Shown here: one piece after another, positions 10,456-19,135 of the stretch | Position numbering within the stretch: the first letter of the stretch is position 1 | How the letters are laid out: each line of letters opens with the position of its first letter | NCBI GenBank assembly: GCA_965224245.1 | Contig: OZ245046.1 | Coordinates: 2,304,001-2,368,000, forward strand | Source: Candidatus Eiseniibacteriota bacterium | GTDB lineage: Bacteria > Eisenbacteria > RBG-16-71-46 > CAZAMP01 | Length of the DNA: 64,000 nt | Reading direction: 5' to 3' | Made by a program: the position numbers and the translations under genes | The notes under the pieces: generated by a model | Databases searched by the model: none | What the model was told of the DNA's origin: nothing | The model's input: only the letters and a program-made list of their open reading frames with translations

Positions 10456-10826
10456 TCCTCGAGCTCGGCGATGAGAGCCCGGAGCTCCTCGATCTCGGCC
10501 TCGCTGAGCGGCTGGCTCCCCAGCGCCTGGAGGGCCAGCGCGCTCGCCGACCCCCCGAAGACACGATCGGTGAGGTCATCCACGAAGCTCCGCTGCGTCT
10601 CGGTCTCGTCGACGCAGGCGGTGTACACGTGCGCTCGCGCGCTCTCGTCCCGCGCCACGAGGCCCTTCTGAACCATGATGTTCAGGAGCTTGCCGACGGT
10701 GTTGTAGCCGAACTCGTCGCGGCTCGGGAGCGCGCGATGAACGTCCCGCACCGTGGCCGCGCCCATCCCCCAGAGGACCCGGAGGATCTCGAGCTCACGC
10801 CCCGAGGGCAGTCTGTCCGTGCCCAT
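10452..10826 (-). CDS. BlaI/MecI/CopY family transcriptional repressor
   Basis: ELEILRVLW...ATVRDVH...GYNTV...KGLVARD...FGGSASAL. Confidence 0.92.
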   Translation of the reverse strand: MGTDRLPSGRELEILRVLWGMGAATVRDVHRALPSRDEFGYNTVGKLLNIMVQKGLVARDESARAHVYTACVDETETQRSFVDDLTDRVFGGSASALALQALGSQPLSEAEIEELRALIAELEE

Positions 10827-10874
10827 GGCGAACGCTCCCGATGGAGATTGGGAATCCGAAGACGTCGGAAGACG

Positions 10875-10898
10875 AAAGTCCGAAACCGTTCGGACTTT
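10875..10898. promoter_or_regulatory. putative BlaI-family operator, copy 1 (AAAGTCCGAA-ACCG-TTCGGACTTT)
   Basis: Perfect 10-bp inverted repeat upstream of the repressor; a related TCCGA-N5-TCGGA lies at 10855-10869. Confidence 0.65.
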
Positions 10899-10931
10899 AC
10901 CGACAGATCCGGCGATCGTCAAGAGAGGCGA

Positions 10932-12491
10932 CTAGAGCACCCGCCGCACGGCGTCGATGATGGTCCCGTCCACCCACTTGATCGCGGCCACGAACTCCTC
11001 GCCGAGGCTCGGCCGGGCCGGCTTGCCGCCGCAGAGGCGCTCGACCTCGGCCTGGAGCTCTCGGATGTCGACCAGCGGCAGCCTGGAGCCGCTCGCCCGG
11101 AGCGCGTCGAGAAGGTCCGTCCGGCGGGGATTGATCGCGATGCCCCGCTCGGTGGCCACGACGTCGATCAGCTCGCCGGGCCCACAGAGCGTCGTGACCT
11201 CGTCCACGATCACGGGGATCCGATCGCGGAACGACGGCAGCGCCAGGATCGTGCACCGCGAGAAGAGACAGTTCTGCCATCCGCCGATGCCGTGGAGGAG
11301 CCGCCCGTCGGAGTGCGTGACCACGTTCGCGTTGAAGTCCACGTCGACCTCGGTCGCGCCCAGGACGACCACGTCCACCATCGACGCGAAGTTGCCCTTG
11401 CCGTGGTAGTTGTAGCTCGTGAAGGGGCTCGTGTTCACGTGGCCGGGATTCTCGCGCATGGAGCGGACGCCCTCGAGGTCGAACGTCTGCCCGTCGAGGA
11501 TGTAGTCGGTCAGCCCCTCCTCCAGCATCGCGACCGCGTAGCGTGTGCTGCCCGCGCGCACGAAGCGCGCCTTCACGCCGGCCTCACGCATCATGCCCCC
11601 GAGCATGTCCACGAACGCCAGGCTGATGCCGCCGGCCCCGGCCTGGAACGAGAACCCGTCGCGCATGATGCCGCTGTCGCGCACGAACGCCGCCACGTGC
11701 TCGGCGATCAGGAGGCGATCGGGGCTCTTGGTGATCTCGGTGGTGCCCGACACGATCTTTTCGGGGATGCCCACGCGATCCACCACGACGACCTGATCCA
11801 CGTTGTTGCCCTGGATCTGCCAGGGGATGCACGGGAACGGCACCAGGTTGTCGGTGACCACGATCACGTGGTCCGCGTACAGCGAGTCGGCCAGCGCGAA
11901 GCCGAGGAGCCCGCACGCGCTCGGGCCGCGATCGCCGGTGGCGTTGCCGAAGGGATCGGCGGTGGGCGCGGCGATCACGGCGACGTCGATGTGCACCTCG
12001 CCGTCCTGGATGGCCTGCCAGCGCCCGCCGTGACTCCGGAGGACGCCCATCCCTCGCATCTTCCCCATCGAGCAGTAATCGCCCAGGGGACCGTTCATCG
12101 ATCCCTCGATGTGGTGGATCGTGCCGTCCTCGAGGTACGGGATCAGGTGCGCGTGACACGGGAACGACGCCGACGGAAACCACCGGAGATCGCGCACGCC
12201 GAGCTCGTGACAGGCGTCGAACACCATGTTGGCCACGAGGTCGCCGTCGCGGAAGTGATGATGCGTGCCGATCGTCATGCCGTCGCGCACGCCGGCCCGG
12301 CGAAGCGCCTCGACGAGCGACCCCACGCGCTTGTCGCCGTCGGCGGGATAGTCGCGGCACGATCGCACCGGGGGCGCCGCCTTGGGCGTGGCCGGCGCCA
12401 ACGCGCCCGCGCCCCGGAAGGGCTCGGCGCTGTGCCCGTTCACGGCCGCCGGCACCCGGCGACCGGCCGCGTTCTGGATCACGTCGGTCAC
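10932..12491 (-). CDS. citF: citrate lyase alpha subunit (CoA-transferase)-like
   Basis: GMTIGTHHHFRDGD, LRSHGGR, FSFQAGAGG, LGATEVDVDFNANVVTHSDG, HGIGG, DGTIIDAV. GTG overlaps the upstream stop. Confidence 0.9.
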   Translation of the reverse strand: MTDVIQNAAGRRVPAAVNGHSAEPFRGAGALAPATPKAAPPVRSCRDYPADGDKRVGSLVEALRRAGVRDGMTIGTHHHFRDGDLVANMVFDACHELGVRDLRWFPSASFPCHAHLIPYLEDGTIHHIEGSMNGPLGDYCSMGKMRGMGVLRSHGGRWQAIQDGEVHIDVAVIAAPTADPFGNATGDRGPSACGLLGFALADSLYADHVIVVTDNLVPFPCIPWQIQGNNVDQVVVVDRVGIPEKIVSGTTEITKSPDRLLIAEHVAAFVRDSGIMRDGFSFQAGAGGISLAFVDMLGGMMREAGVKARFVRAGSTRYAVAMLEEGLTDYILDGQTFDLEGVRSMRENPGHVNTSPFTSYNYHGKGNFASMVDVVVLGATEVDVDFNANVVTHSDGRLLHGIGGWQNCLFSRCTILALPSFRDRIPVIVDEVTTLCGPGELIDVVATERGIAINPRRTDLLDALRASGSRLPLVDIRELQAEVERLCGGKPARPSLGEEFVAAIKWVDGTIIDAVRRVL

Positions 12492-13699
12492 GAGTCCGCC
12501 TCCTCCCGCCAGTCCGGGGAGAGCCGCCCGGCGTGGATGGCCAGCTCGACGGTGCGCACCGCGCGCTTCACCACCGGTGGATCGATCATCTTGGTGCCCA
12601 GCGAGACCACGCCTAGCCCCTTCGCGGTGGCGTCCTCGAACACGCGCACGATCTTCTTCGCGCGCTCGAGCTCGGCCTCCCCGGGGGCGAACGCGTCGTG
12701 GATCACGCGGATCTGGCGCGGGTGGATGCAGCCCATGCCGTCGAAGCCGAGCGCCTTGGAGCGCGCCGCGCTCGCCCGAAGCCCCTCCTCGTTGCCCACG
12801 TCCGAGTACACGGAGTCGATCGGCTGGACGCCGGCGGCCCGCGCGGCGTTCACGACCTGCGCGCGTGCCCAGGCGCTCTCCTCGCCGCCCGCCGTGCGCT
12901 CGGCGCCGATGTCGGCGGTGTAGTCCTCGAGACCGATGGCCAGCGCCACCACGTGCTCGGATGCCGACGCGATCGCGAACGCCTCGATCGCGCCCCGCGC
13001 GCTCTCGACGATCGGCATCAGGAACGTGGGCGACGCCACCGACGCGGCCTCGCGCACGGCGTCGACCTTCGCCGCCACGCGGCGGACGTCGTCGGCGCTC
13101 TCGCACTTGGGGATCAGGACGAGGTGCGTGTTCATGGGGACGATGGCCTCGAGATCGGTCAGGCCCCGCTCGCCCTGATTGATGCGCACCATGCGTTCGG
13201 CCCCGCGGAAGTCGAGCGTGCCGAGCGCGTGGCGGACGAGCATGCGCGCGGCGTCCTTCTCGGACGGGGCCACGCTATCCTCGAGATCCAGGATCAGCCC
13301 GTCGGCGCTGTGAAGGGCTGCGTTCAGCATGAACTTGGGCTCGTTGCCGGGCAGGTACAGCCGCGATCGCCGGAACCGGCCGCGCGAGGACGTCTCGTGC
13401 GACGACGTGGCCCGCTCGAGCGGGAGCGCTGGCGCGTCCGGTCGCGCGCGTCGCACCGCCGCCTCCAACCGTGCCGCGATCACGAACGGCAGCGCGCCGG
13501 TGTCCTCGATCGTCACGAGGGCATCGGTGACCCCGAGCGCGGCGAGAATCGATCGCGTCTCGGTGGTGATCGAGTCCCCGTAAAGTGATCCGACCTTCGA
13601 GGTCAGCGTGATCTCGATCCCGCCGGACTCCCGCAGCTCGACCCGAACCCACGCGTCCGATCGCACGTCGGGTCCTCGACGGCCCGCTTCCCCATGCAT
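12488..13699 (-). CDS. citE: citrate lyase acyl-carrier (CitD) - beta subunit (CitE) fusion
   Basis: N-terminal ~85 aa CitD-like (EAG...RSD, SKV..LYG, DTGALPFVIAARLEAA), then RRSRLYLPGN, LDLEDSV, VRIN, EDYTAD, CIHPRQ, KMIDPP. Confidence 0.88.
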   Translation of the reverse strand: MHGEAGRRGPDVRSDAWVRVELRESGGIEITLTSKVGSLYGDSITTETRSILAALGVTDALVTIEDTGALPFVIAARLEAAVRRARPDAPALPLERATSSHETSSRGRFRRSRLYLPGNEPKFMLNAALHSADGLILDLEDSVAPSEKDAARMLVRHALGTLDFRGAERMVRINQGERGLTDLEAIVPMNTHLVLIPKCESADDVRRVAAKVDAVREAASVASPTFLMPIVESARGAIEAFAIASASEHVVALAIGLEDYTADIGAERTAGGEESAWARAQVVNAARAAGVQPIDSVYSDVGNEEGLRASAARSKALGFDGMGCIHPRQIRVIHDAFAPGEAELERAKKIVRVFEDATAKGLGVVSLGTKMIDPPVVKRAVRTVELAIHAGRLSPDWREEADS

Positions 13700-13828
13700 G
13701 TCCGCCTCCAGGGTCGATCAGGGCGAAATGAACCCGGAGACTGTACGCGCGGCGACTCGACGGGGGCAACCGCGTTACGTCAGGGTTCGACTCGGCGGCC
13801 GGTCGTCGGGTCGGGCTCGGACCGTCGG

Positions 13829-14722
13829 CTACGACCCGGCGGCGTCGTCCATCTCGCCCCCCGAGGAGTGGGAGGCGACCGCGGCCAGCACGCTGCCCAC
13901 GCGGTGGGCGTACGTGTGGCGGGCCATCACGCGCTCGCGACCGCGCTCGGCGATCTTGGTCCGGCGGTCGGGGTCGTCGAGGTGCTTGCGCACGGCGGCC
14001 AGGAGGCTCTTCTCGTCGGTGTAGAAGGCCACCTCGTGCCCGTCGCGGAAGAGCTCGTCGATGCCGGTGCCCACGGTGCGGTTGGTCACCAGGAGGTTCC
14101 CGGTGGCCAGCACCTCGAACGTGCGCTCGTTGATGTCGGTGTCGGGGCTCTCGTTGAACACGACGCGCCCCTGGCAGAACGTGCGCGCCGCGTCCTCGCC
14201 CTCGAGCCCCTCCACGATCAGACAGTGGAAGTTCGTCTGGAGCGTGTGGAGCATCGCGTCGCGTCGCTTCTGATCGCCGGGGAATCCATCGTCCACGAAC
14301 ACCACGTCGTAGTCGGGCTCGCCGTCGTAGGGCCGGAAGATCCGATGGTCCGCGCCATAGGGCAGCCAGTAGGTGTGCGGGTAGACGCCGCGGAGCGGGT
14401 TCACGAAGCGCTTCTGGGGGCAGAACACCAGATCGAACTGCGTGGCCAGGCGGAGATGTGCTCCCAGCCGCGCGGCGGCGTCCAGGACGTGGTAGGCGCA
14501 CGTGATCCCGCGGTCGCGAGCCGGTCCCAGATCGGGCGTCTCGCCGGATCCGAACACGAAGACCAGCTCGGTGTCCGGGAACTGCCGGAGCGCCTGGTCG
14601 AGCGTTCGGATCTGATGCCGCGATCCGACGGCCACGGGGGCGTGCCCGAGGTACGCCGCGTACTGGAAGTACGACGCCCAGGGCGATCCCGCCTCCGGCT
14701 CGCAGTGAAACACGATGCGCAA
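13829..14722 (-). CDS. CgeB-like glycosyltransferase (GT-B C-terminal domain)
   Basis: GGAGGA RBS and TTG 14722; YWLPYGAD, DINERTFEVLATG, IAERGRERVMARHTYAHRV. Confidence 0.75.
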   Translation of the reverse strand: MRIVFHCEPEAGSPWASYFQYAAYLGHAPVAVGSRHQIRTLDQALRQFPDTELVFVFGSGETPDLGPARDRGITCAYHVLDAAARLGAHLRLATQFDLVFCPQKRFVNPLRGVYPHTYWLPYGADHRIFRPYDGEPDYDVVFVDDGFPGDQKRRDAMLHTLQTNFHCLIVEGLEGEDAARTFCQGRVVFNESPDTDINERTFEVLATGNLLVTNRTVGTGIDELFRDGHEVAFYTDEKSLLAAVRKHLDDPDRRTKIAERGRERVMARHTYAHRVGSVLAAVASHSSGGEMDDAAGS

Positions 14723-14830
14723 GTGTGTCCTCCAACCGGCTTCTCGAAGCCGTCGGTTTCCGGTATGTTGTTCGTCGCCCGACCGGCGTAACTGTAGCGA
14801 GAACGGAACTTTCTTCGGCGAGGTCCCCCC

Positions 14831-15292
14831 GTGGACATCCTTCCGACCCAGAAAGAGGGGCACCTGATCGTCGCCGCGCTCCGCATCATCGAGCATCGGG
14901 AGGGCCGCCCCGGCGGCCCCGACGAGGTCGCCACGCTCCTCGCTCTCCAGCGCGAGGAGGTCGCCCACTGGTGCCGCGGACTGGAACGCCACGGCGTCCT
15001 CGGCCGCATCGAGAACCCGTTCGACGTGCGCTACGAGCTCCGCGACCACACCCGGCTCGAGACGCTCCCCGCCGCGCACGACGCATCGGTGCTGCGCGAG
15101 GAGGTCGACGCGTTTCGCGAGCGCGCCGAGGAGCGGAACGCCGACCTCGACGAGCTGTTCGGCGTGGGCATGGCCGACCGGAAGAAGAAGGACATGAACA
15201 AGCTCGAGAAGGAGCTGAAGCGCTTCCAGAAGTCCGGTCGCGGCCGCTCCCCGTTCGACCGCCCGAGCGACCCCTCCGACGAGGACGAGTGA
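14831..15292 (+). CDS. hypothetical protein (possible winged-helix N-terminus, coiled-coil C-terminus)
   Basis: GAGG RBS before GTG; strong GC3 codon pattern; EVATLLAL..EEVAHWCRGLERHGVL. Confidence 0.65.
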   Translation: MDILPTQKEGHLIVAALRIIEHREGRPGGPDEVATLLALQREEVAHWCRGLERHGVLGRIENPFDVRYELRDHTRLETLPAAHDASVLREEVDAFRERAEERNADLDELFGVGMADRKKKDMNKLEKELKRFQKSGRGRSPFDRPSDPSDEDE

Positions 15293-15374
15293 CCGCCTTC
15301 GCTCTTCACTTCAGGTCCCGACTACAAGCCGATATTGAAACACACTCTACGGCCGAGATCCACGACGCGTACGA

Positions 15375-17183
15375 TCACCGGGCGACGGTGACCCGCCACG
15401 TCCGCCGGCTCGATCCGGCGTCGACGACCACCCAGTAGACGCCGGGCGGCGCCGGCGCTCCGGACGCGAGCGCGCCGTCCCAGCTGACGGCCCCGGCGCG
15501 ATCGGGCCGAACGGTGACGCGGCGCACGAGGCGCCCGGCCGCGTCGTGAACGTCGAGCCGCGCCTCGACGTTCTCGGCGAGCGCGGCGTCGATCCGCACC
15601 GCTCCCCCGGTCGGGTTCGGCGCGGGGGGCGACGTCGCACCGCTCACCGCCGGCGCGATCGCGCTCGCGAGAGCCCGTGGCTCGTCTCGGCCGATCCCGT
15701 GGAGGCGGTACCGGATGCGGCCGGTCTCAGCCCGTTCGTCGACGACCTCGTACCGGTCGCCGATCGCCTGCCCCCCGCAGAGGACCTCGGCGACCACGCG
15801 ATCGCCTGTCCGCGCACCGGCGACGACCCGGAACCCGGGGCACCCATCGCCGGCCGCGTACCACGAGAGCCGGACCCGCCGATCGCCGAGCCGCTCGGCC
15901 CGGAAGCCGCTCGTCTGGACCGGGACGAGCTCGCACGCGTTCAGGAGCACCGAGACGCTGCCGTCGAAGTAGTCGGTCACGACGACGTCGGGGCGGAGAT
16001 CCCGGTCCAGGTCCGCGATGGCTGCGGCCCTGGGATACTGGCCGAGCGGGAAGCTGCGCGCCGGCGCGAACGTCCCGTCCCCCAGCCCGACGAGCACCGA
16101 GAGGTCGTCGTCGTGCGAGTTCGGGGTGACGATGTCGAGAAAGCCGTCGCCGGTGAGATCGGCCGTGGCCAGGAAGCCCGGGCTCACGTCCGAGCCGTCA
16201 CCCACGGTGTAGAACACCGCGGGCGCGTACGTCCCCGTCGGCTGGCCGCCGTCGGTGACGGCGAGGAGAATCGCCACGTCGTTGCTCGAGGCATTGGCGA
16301 TGGCCAGGTCGGGCACGTCGTCGGCGTCGAAGCGTCCGGCCACGACGCCGACCGGCGTCACGCCCACGTCGTACGACGCGTCCAGCGTGAACGACGTGCC
16401 GTCGCCGGTGGCCAGGAAGACCTGACACACGCGATCGGTGCCGCAGACGACGATGGCATCGAGGTGCTCGTCGGCGTCCGCGTGGAGGAGCGCCACCGCG
16501 GCGGGTCCGTCACCGGTGGGGATTCGCTCGCGCGGGGTTACCAGCGACCCGTCGCCCGTGCCCAGGAGCACGACGAGCTCGTCGGTGTCTCGCGCGGTGA
16601 CGACGAGGTCCACGCGCGTGTCGCCGTCGACGTCGCCGGTGGCGAGCGCGGTGGGGTTCGGGCCGACGCCGCGAATCACGTCGGGGCGGAAGCTCCCCGC
16701 CCACGTCCCGGCGGCGCCGTCGCCGATCAGCACGACGAGCGAGTCCGACGACGCGAAGGTGTTGGCCACGACGACGTCGTCGATGCCGTCCCCGTCGAGG
16801 TCGGCGATCGCGAACTCCCTCGGGAAGTTGCCCGCCGGGGTCACGATCGCGCCGTCGAGGGGCGTGAACGTGCCGTCCCCGTGGCCGGGCATGACGATGA
16901 ACGCGTCGCTGCCCTCGGCGGTGACCCCGAGGTCGAGATGACCGTCGCGGTCGAAGTCGTGGGGCTCGATCCACCAGGTGCCGATCCCGGCGTCGAGCAC
17001 CAGGGGGACGTCGAACGCGGGACACTCGTCCCCGGCGCGCGAGACGGCCGCCGCGGCGAGCGCCGTGACCGAGACCACGAGGGCAATCGGGACGGCGACC
17101 GCGAGCCGCGCCCGGACCGACCGGACGCGGATCGGGGCGAGGGGGTCCGGGGTCCCGTGCGAATGAGGAGTGCGTTTCGACAT
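15375..17183 (-). CDS. FG-GAP/VCBS repeat beta-propeller protein with FlgD-Ig-like C-terminus
   Basis: Repeated DFDRDGHLD, DLDGDGIDD, DVDGDTRVD motifs; C-terminal PNP...DAAGRLVR...WDG...PGVYW. Confidence 0.8.
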   Translation of the reverse strand: MSKRTPHSHGTPDPLAPIRVRSVRARLAVAVPIALVVSVTALAAAAVSRAGDECPAFDVPLVLDAGIGTWWIEPHDFDRDGHLDLGVTAEGSDAFIVMPGHGDGTFTPLDGAIVTPAGNFPREFAIADLDGDGIDDVVVANTFASSDSLVVLIGDGAAGTWAGSFRPDVIRGVGPNPTALATGDVDGDTRVDLVVTARDTDELVVLLGTGDGSLVTPRERIPTGDGPAAVALLHADADEHLDAIVVCGTDRVCQVFLATGDGTSFTLDASYDVGVTPVGVVAGRFDADDVPDLAIANASSNDVAILLAVTDGGQPTGTYAPAVFYTVGDGSDVSPGFLATADLTGDGFLDIVTPNSHDDDLSVLVGLGDGTFAPARSFPLGQYPRAAAIADLDRDLRPDVVVTDYFDGSVSVLLNACELVPVQTSGFRAERLGDRRVRLSWYAAGDGCPGFRVVAGARTGDRVVAEVLCGGQAIGDRYEVVDERAETGRIRYRLHGIGRDEPRALASAIAPAVSGATSPPAPNPTGGAVRIDAALAENVEARLDVHDAAGRLVRRVTVRPDRAGAVSWDGALASGAPAPPGVYWVVVDAGSSRRTWRVTVAR

Positions 17184-17189
17184 CGGACG

Positions 17190-17244
17190 ATCATAACCCA
17201 TCGGGACGCGGCCCTTTGCCCCGCCGGGGGCCGGACCGTACACT
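17190..17244. promoter_or_regulatory. divergent promoters, both possibly leaderless
   Basis: Plus strand: TTGCCC(17216)-N17-TACACT(17239), ATG 7 nt later. Minus strand: TATGAT (17195-17190), ATG 6 nt later. No SD on either side. Confidence 0.45.
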
Positions 17245-17251
17245 CGCGCGC

Positions 17252-18457
17252 ATGGACACCGCCCCGCCGGCGCCGCGACGCCGCCGCTCACGCGTTCTCG
17301 GGAACCTCGCCCTCGCCCTCGGCTCGACCCTCGTGGTGGTCATCCTGGCGGAGGTGGCCGTGCGGACCTGGAACCCGGTCCCGCGGATGCCTCACCGCTT
17401 CTCCCCGAAGACGCTCTACGAGCCCGTCCCCGGCGCCACGTTCACGTACCAGCGTCGGGAGTTCCGGCAGGAGATCCGGTACACGGCCCTCGGCCTGCGC
17501 GATCGTCCGCTCGACCCGGCCAAGCCGCCCGGGGTCCGCCGCGTCCTGGTCATCGGGGACTCGTTCGCCGAGGCGCTGGAGGTCGCCCTGGACGAGAGCT
17601 TCTCGCGCCGGCTCGAGGCCGAGCTGGACCGCCTCGGGAGCCCGGCCGAGGTCGTGAACCTCGGCGTCAGCGGCTACAGCACCGTGCAGGCCCTCCGCCG
17701 GCTGGACGCCCTCGGCTGGCGGTTCGCCCCCGACGACGTCGTGTACCTCGCGCATCCGAACGACTTCGCCGACAACGTGAGTGGCGACGCGAGTGCGCTC
17801 TACACGGTCAGCGAGTCGGGCTCGCTGACCTTCCGGGATCTCGAGGTCCCGGGCATCGAGCGGCGGCTGCGATCGGTGCACGACTGGCTGAAGCGCCGTT
17901 CGTCGCTGTACCAGCTCGCACGGGCGGGACGACTGGGCCGTTCGCCGCGCCCCCCCGAGCCGGGGGTCGGCGAGGACGCGCGGGACGCACGGGGTGTCAG
18001 GGAACCCATTCCCGACCGGCAACGTGACATCATGGCTGCGGCCCTCCAGACCCTGGCCGCCGCCTGCGACGCGCACGGCGCCCGGCTCTGGGTGACGATG
18101 GCCACCGCGAAGGACCCCGCCGCCGCGGCTCGGGACCGGCGCCAGACGCCGGTGTCGGTGCTGGCCGGGCTGGCCTCGGAGGTGAACGTGCCGTTCGTGG
18201 ATCTCAGGCCGACGTTTCGATCCCCCGAGGCGGCGCGCGGGCGGGCGTTCTTCGAGATCGACGGCCACTGGAACGCGATCGGACACCGGCTGGCGGCCCG
18301 GGACGTGGCGCGCGCGCTGGTCGGTGGCGGACGCCGTGCCGATGACCGCCGGGCGCCCGCCAGAGACGGCGGCGGCGCCTCGACCCCGACGACGATCGCC
18401 GACGACCGCGGCCGGCCGGGCGTGCCGGATGCCGCCCTGCCCCCCCCTCATCCGTGA
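17252..18457 (+). CDS. SGNH/GDSL hydrolase (AlgX/AlgJ-like), membrane anchored
   Basis: N-terminal TM; VIGDSF, VNLGVSGYS, NDF, DGHWNAIGH. Confidence 0.85.
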   Translation: MDTAPPAPRRRRSRVLGNLALALGSTLVVVILAEVAVRTWNPVPRMPHRFSPKTLYEPVPGATFTYQRREFRQEIRYTALGLRDRPLDPAKPPGVRRVLVIGDSFAEALEVALDESFSRRLEAELDRLGSPAEVVNLGVSGYSTVQALRRLDALGWRFAPDDVVYLAHPNDFADNVSGDASALYTVSESGSLTFRDLEVPGIERRLRSVHDWLKRRSSLYQLARAGRLGRSPRPPEPGVGEDARDARGVREPIPDRQRDIMAAALQTLAAACDAHGARLWVTMATAKDPAAAARDRRQTPVSVLAGLASEVNVPFVDLRPTFRSPEAARGRAFFEIDGHWNAIGHRLAARDVARALVGGGRRADDRRAPARDGGGASTPTTIADDRGRPGVPDAALPPPHP

Positions 18458-18470
18458 GGACGATGCGCAC

Positions 18471-19133
18471 ATGCACGACGACGACTTCATCCCCTACACC
18501 GGACCCGACCTGACCCCCGACGCCGGACGACGGGCCGGCGAGCGCTTCGAGACCGAGATGGCGTCACGCCGGAGCGTGCGTCACTTCCGCGACACGCCGG
18601 TGCCGGCCGACATGATCGCGCGCGCGGTCCGGGTCGCGTCCCGGGCGCCCTCGGGCGCCAATCAGCAGCCGTGGACGTTCGTCGCGGTCTCGGACCCGGA
18701 CGTGAAGCGGCGCATCCGCCTGGCCGCCGAGCGCGAGGAGCGCGAGAACTACGAGGGTCGCTTCCCCGAGCGGTGGCTCGAGGACCTCCGCCACCTGGGC
18801 ACGAACGCCGAGAAGCCGTATCTCGAGATCGTTCCCTGGCTCATCGTCGTGTTTCGTCAGACCACCGCGCCCGACGGCTCGCGGCACTACTACACGTCCG
18901 AGTCGGTGGGACTGGCCTGCGGCTTCCTGTTCGCGGCGCTCCACGTTCAGGGGCTGGCCACGCTCTGCCACACGCCCAACCCGATGCGCTTCCTCAGCGA
19001 GATCCTCGAGCGCCCGGCCCACGAGAAGCCCTACATGCTGATCCCGGTCGGGTATCCCAGCGAGGACTGCCGCGTCCCGAACATCTCGAAGAAGTCGCTC
19101 GACGAGGTTCTCGTCGTGGTCGGGGATCACTAG
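18471..19133 (+). CDS. nitroreductase family, iodotyrosine deiodinase-like
   Basis: RRSVRHF, APSGANQQPW, EERENY, KPYL, ESVGLACG, HTPNPM, IPVGYP. Confidence 0.85.
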   Translation: MHDDDFIPYTGPDLTPDAGRRAGERFETEMASRRSVRHFRDTPVPADMIARAVRVASRAPSGANQQPWTFVAVSDPDVKRRIRLAAEREERENYEGRFPERWLEDLRHLGTNAEKPYLEIVPWLIVVFRQTTAPDGSRHYYTSESVGLACGFLFAALHVQGLATLCHTPNPMRFLSEILERPAHEKPYMLIPVGYPSEDCRVPNISKKSLDEVLVVVGDH

Positions 19134-19135
19134 AC

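Noticed and set aside
9178-10826. Beta-lactam resistance locus
   Set aside because: No beta-lactamase or PBP nearby, and the sensor lacks the penicillin-binding domain.
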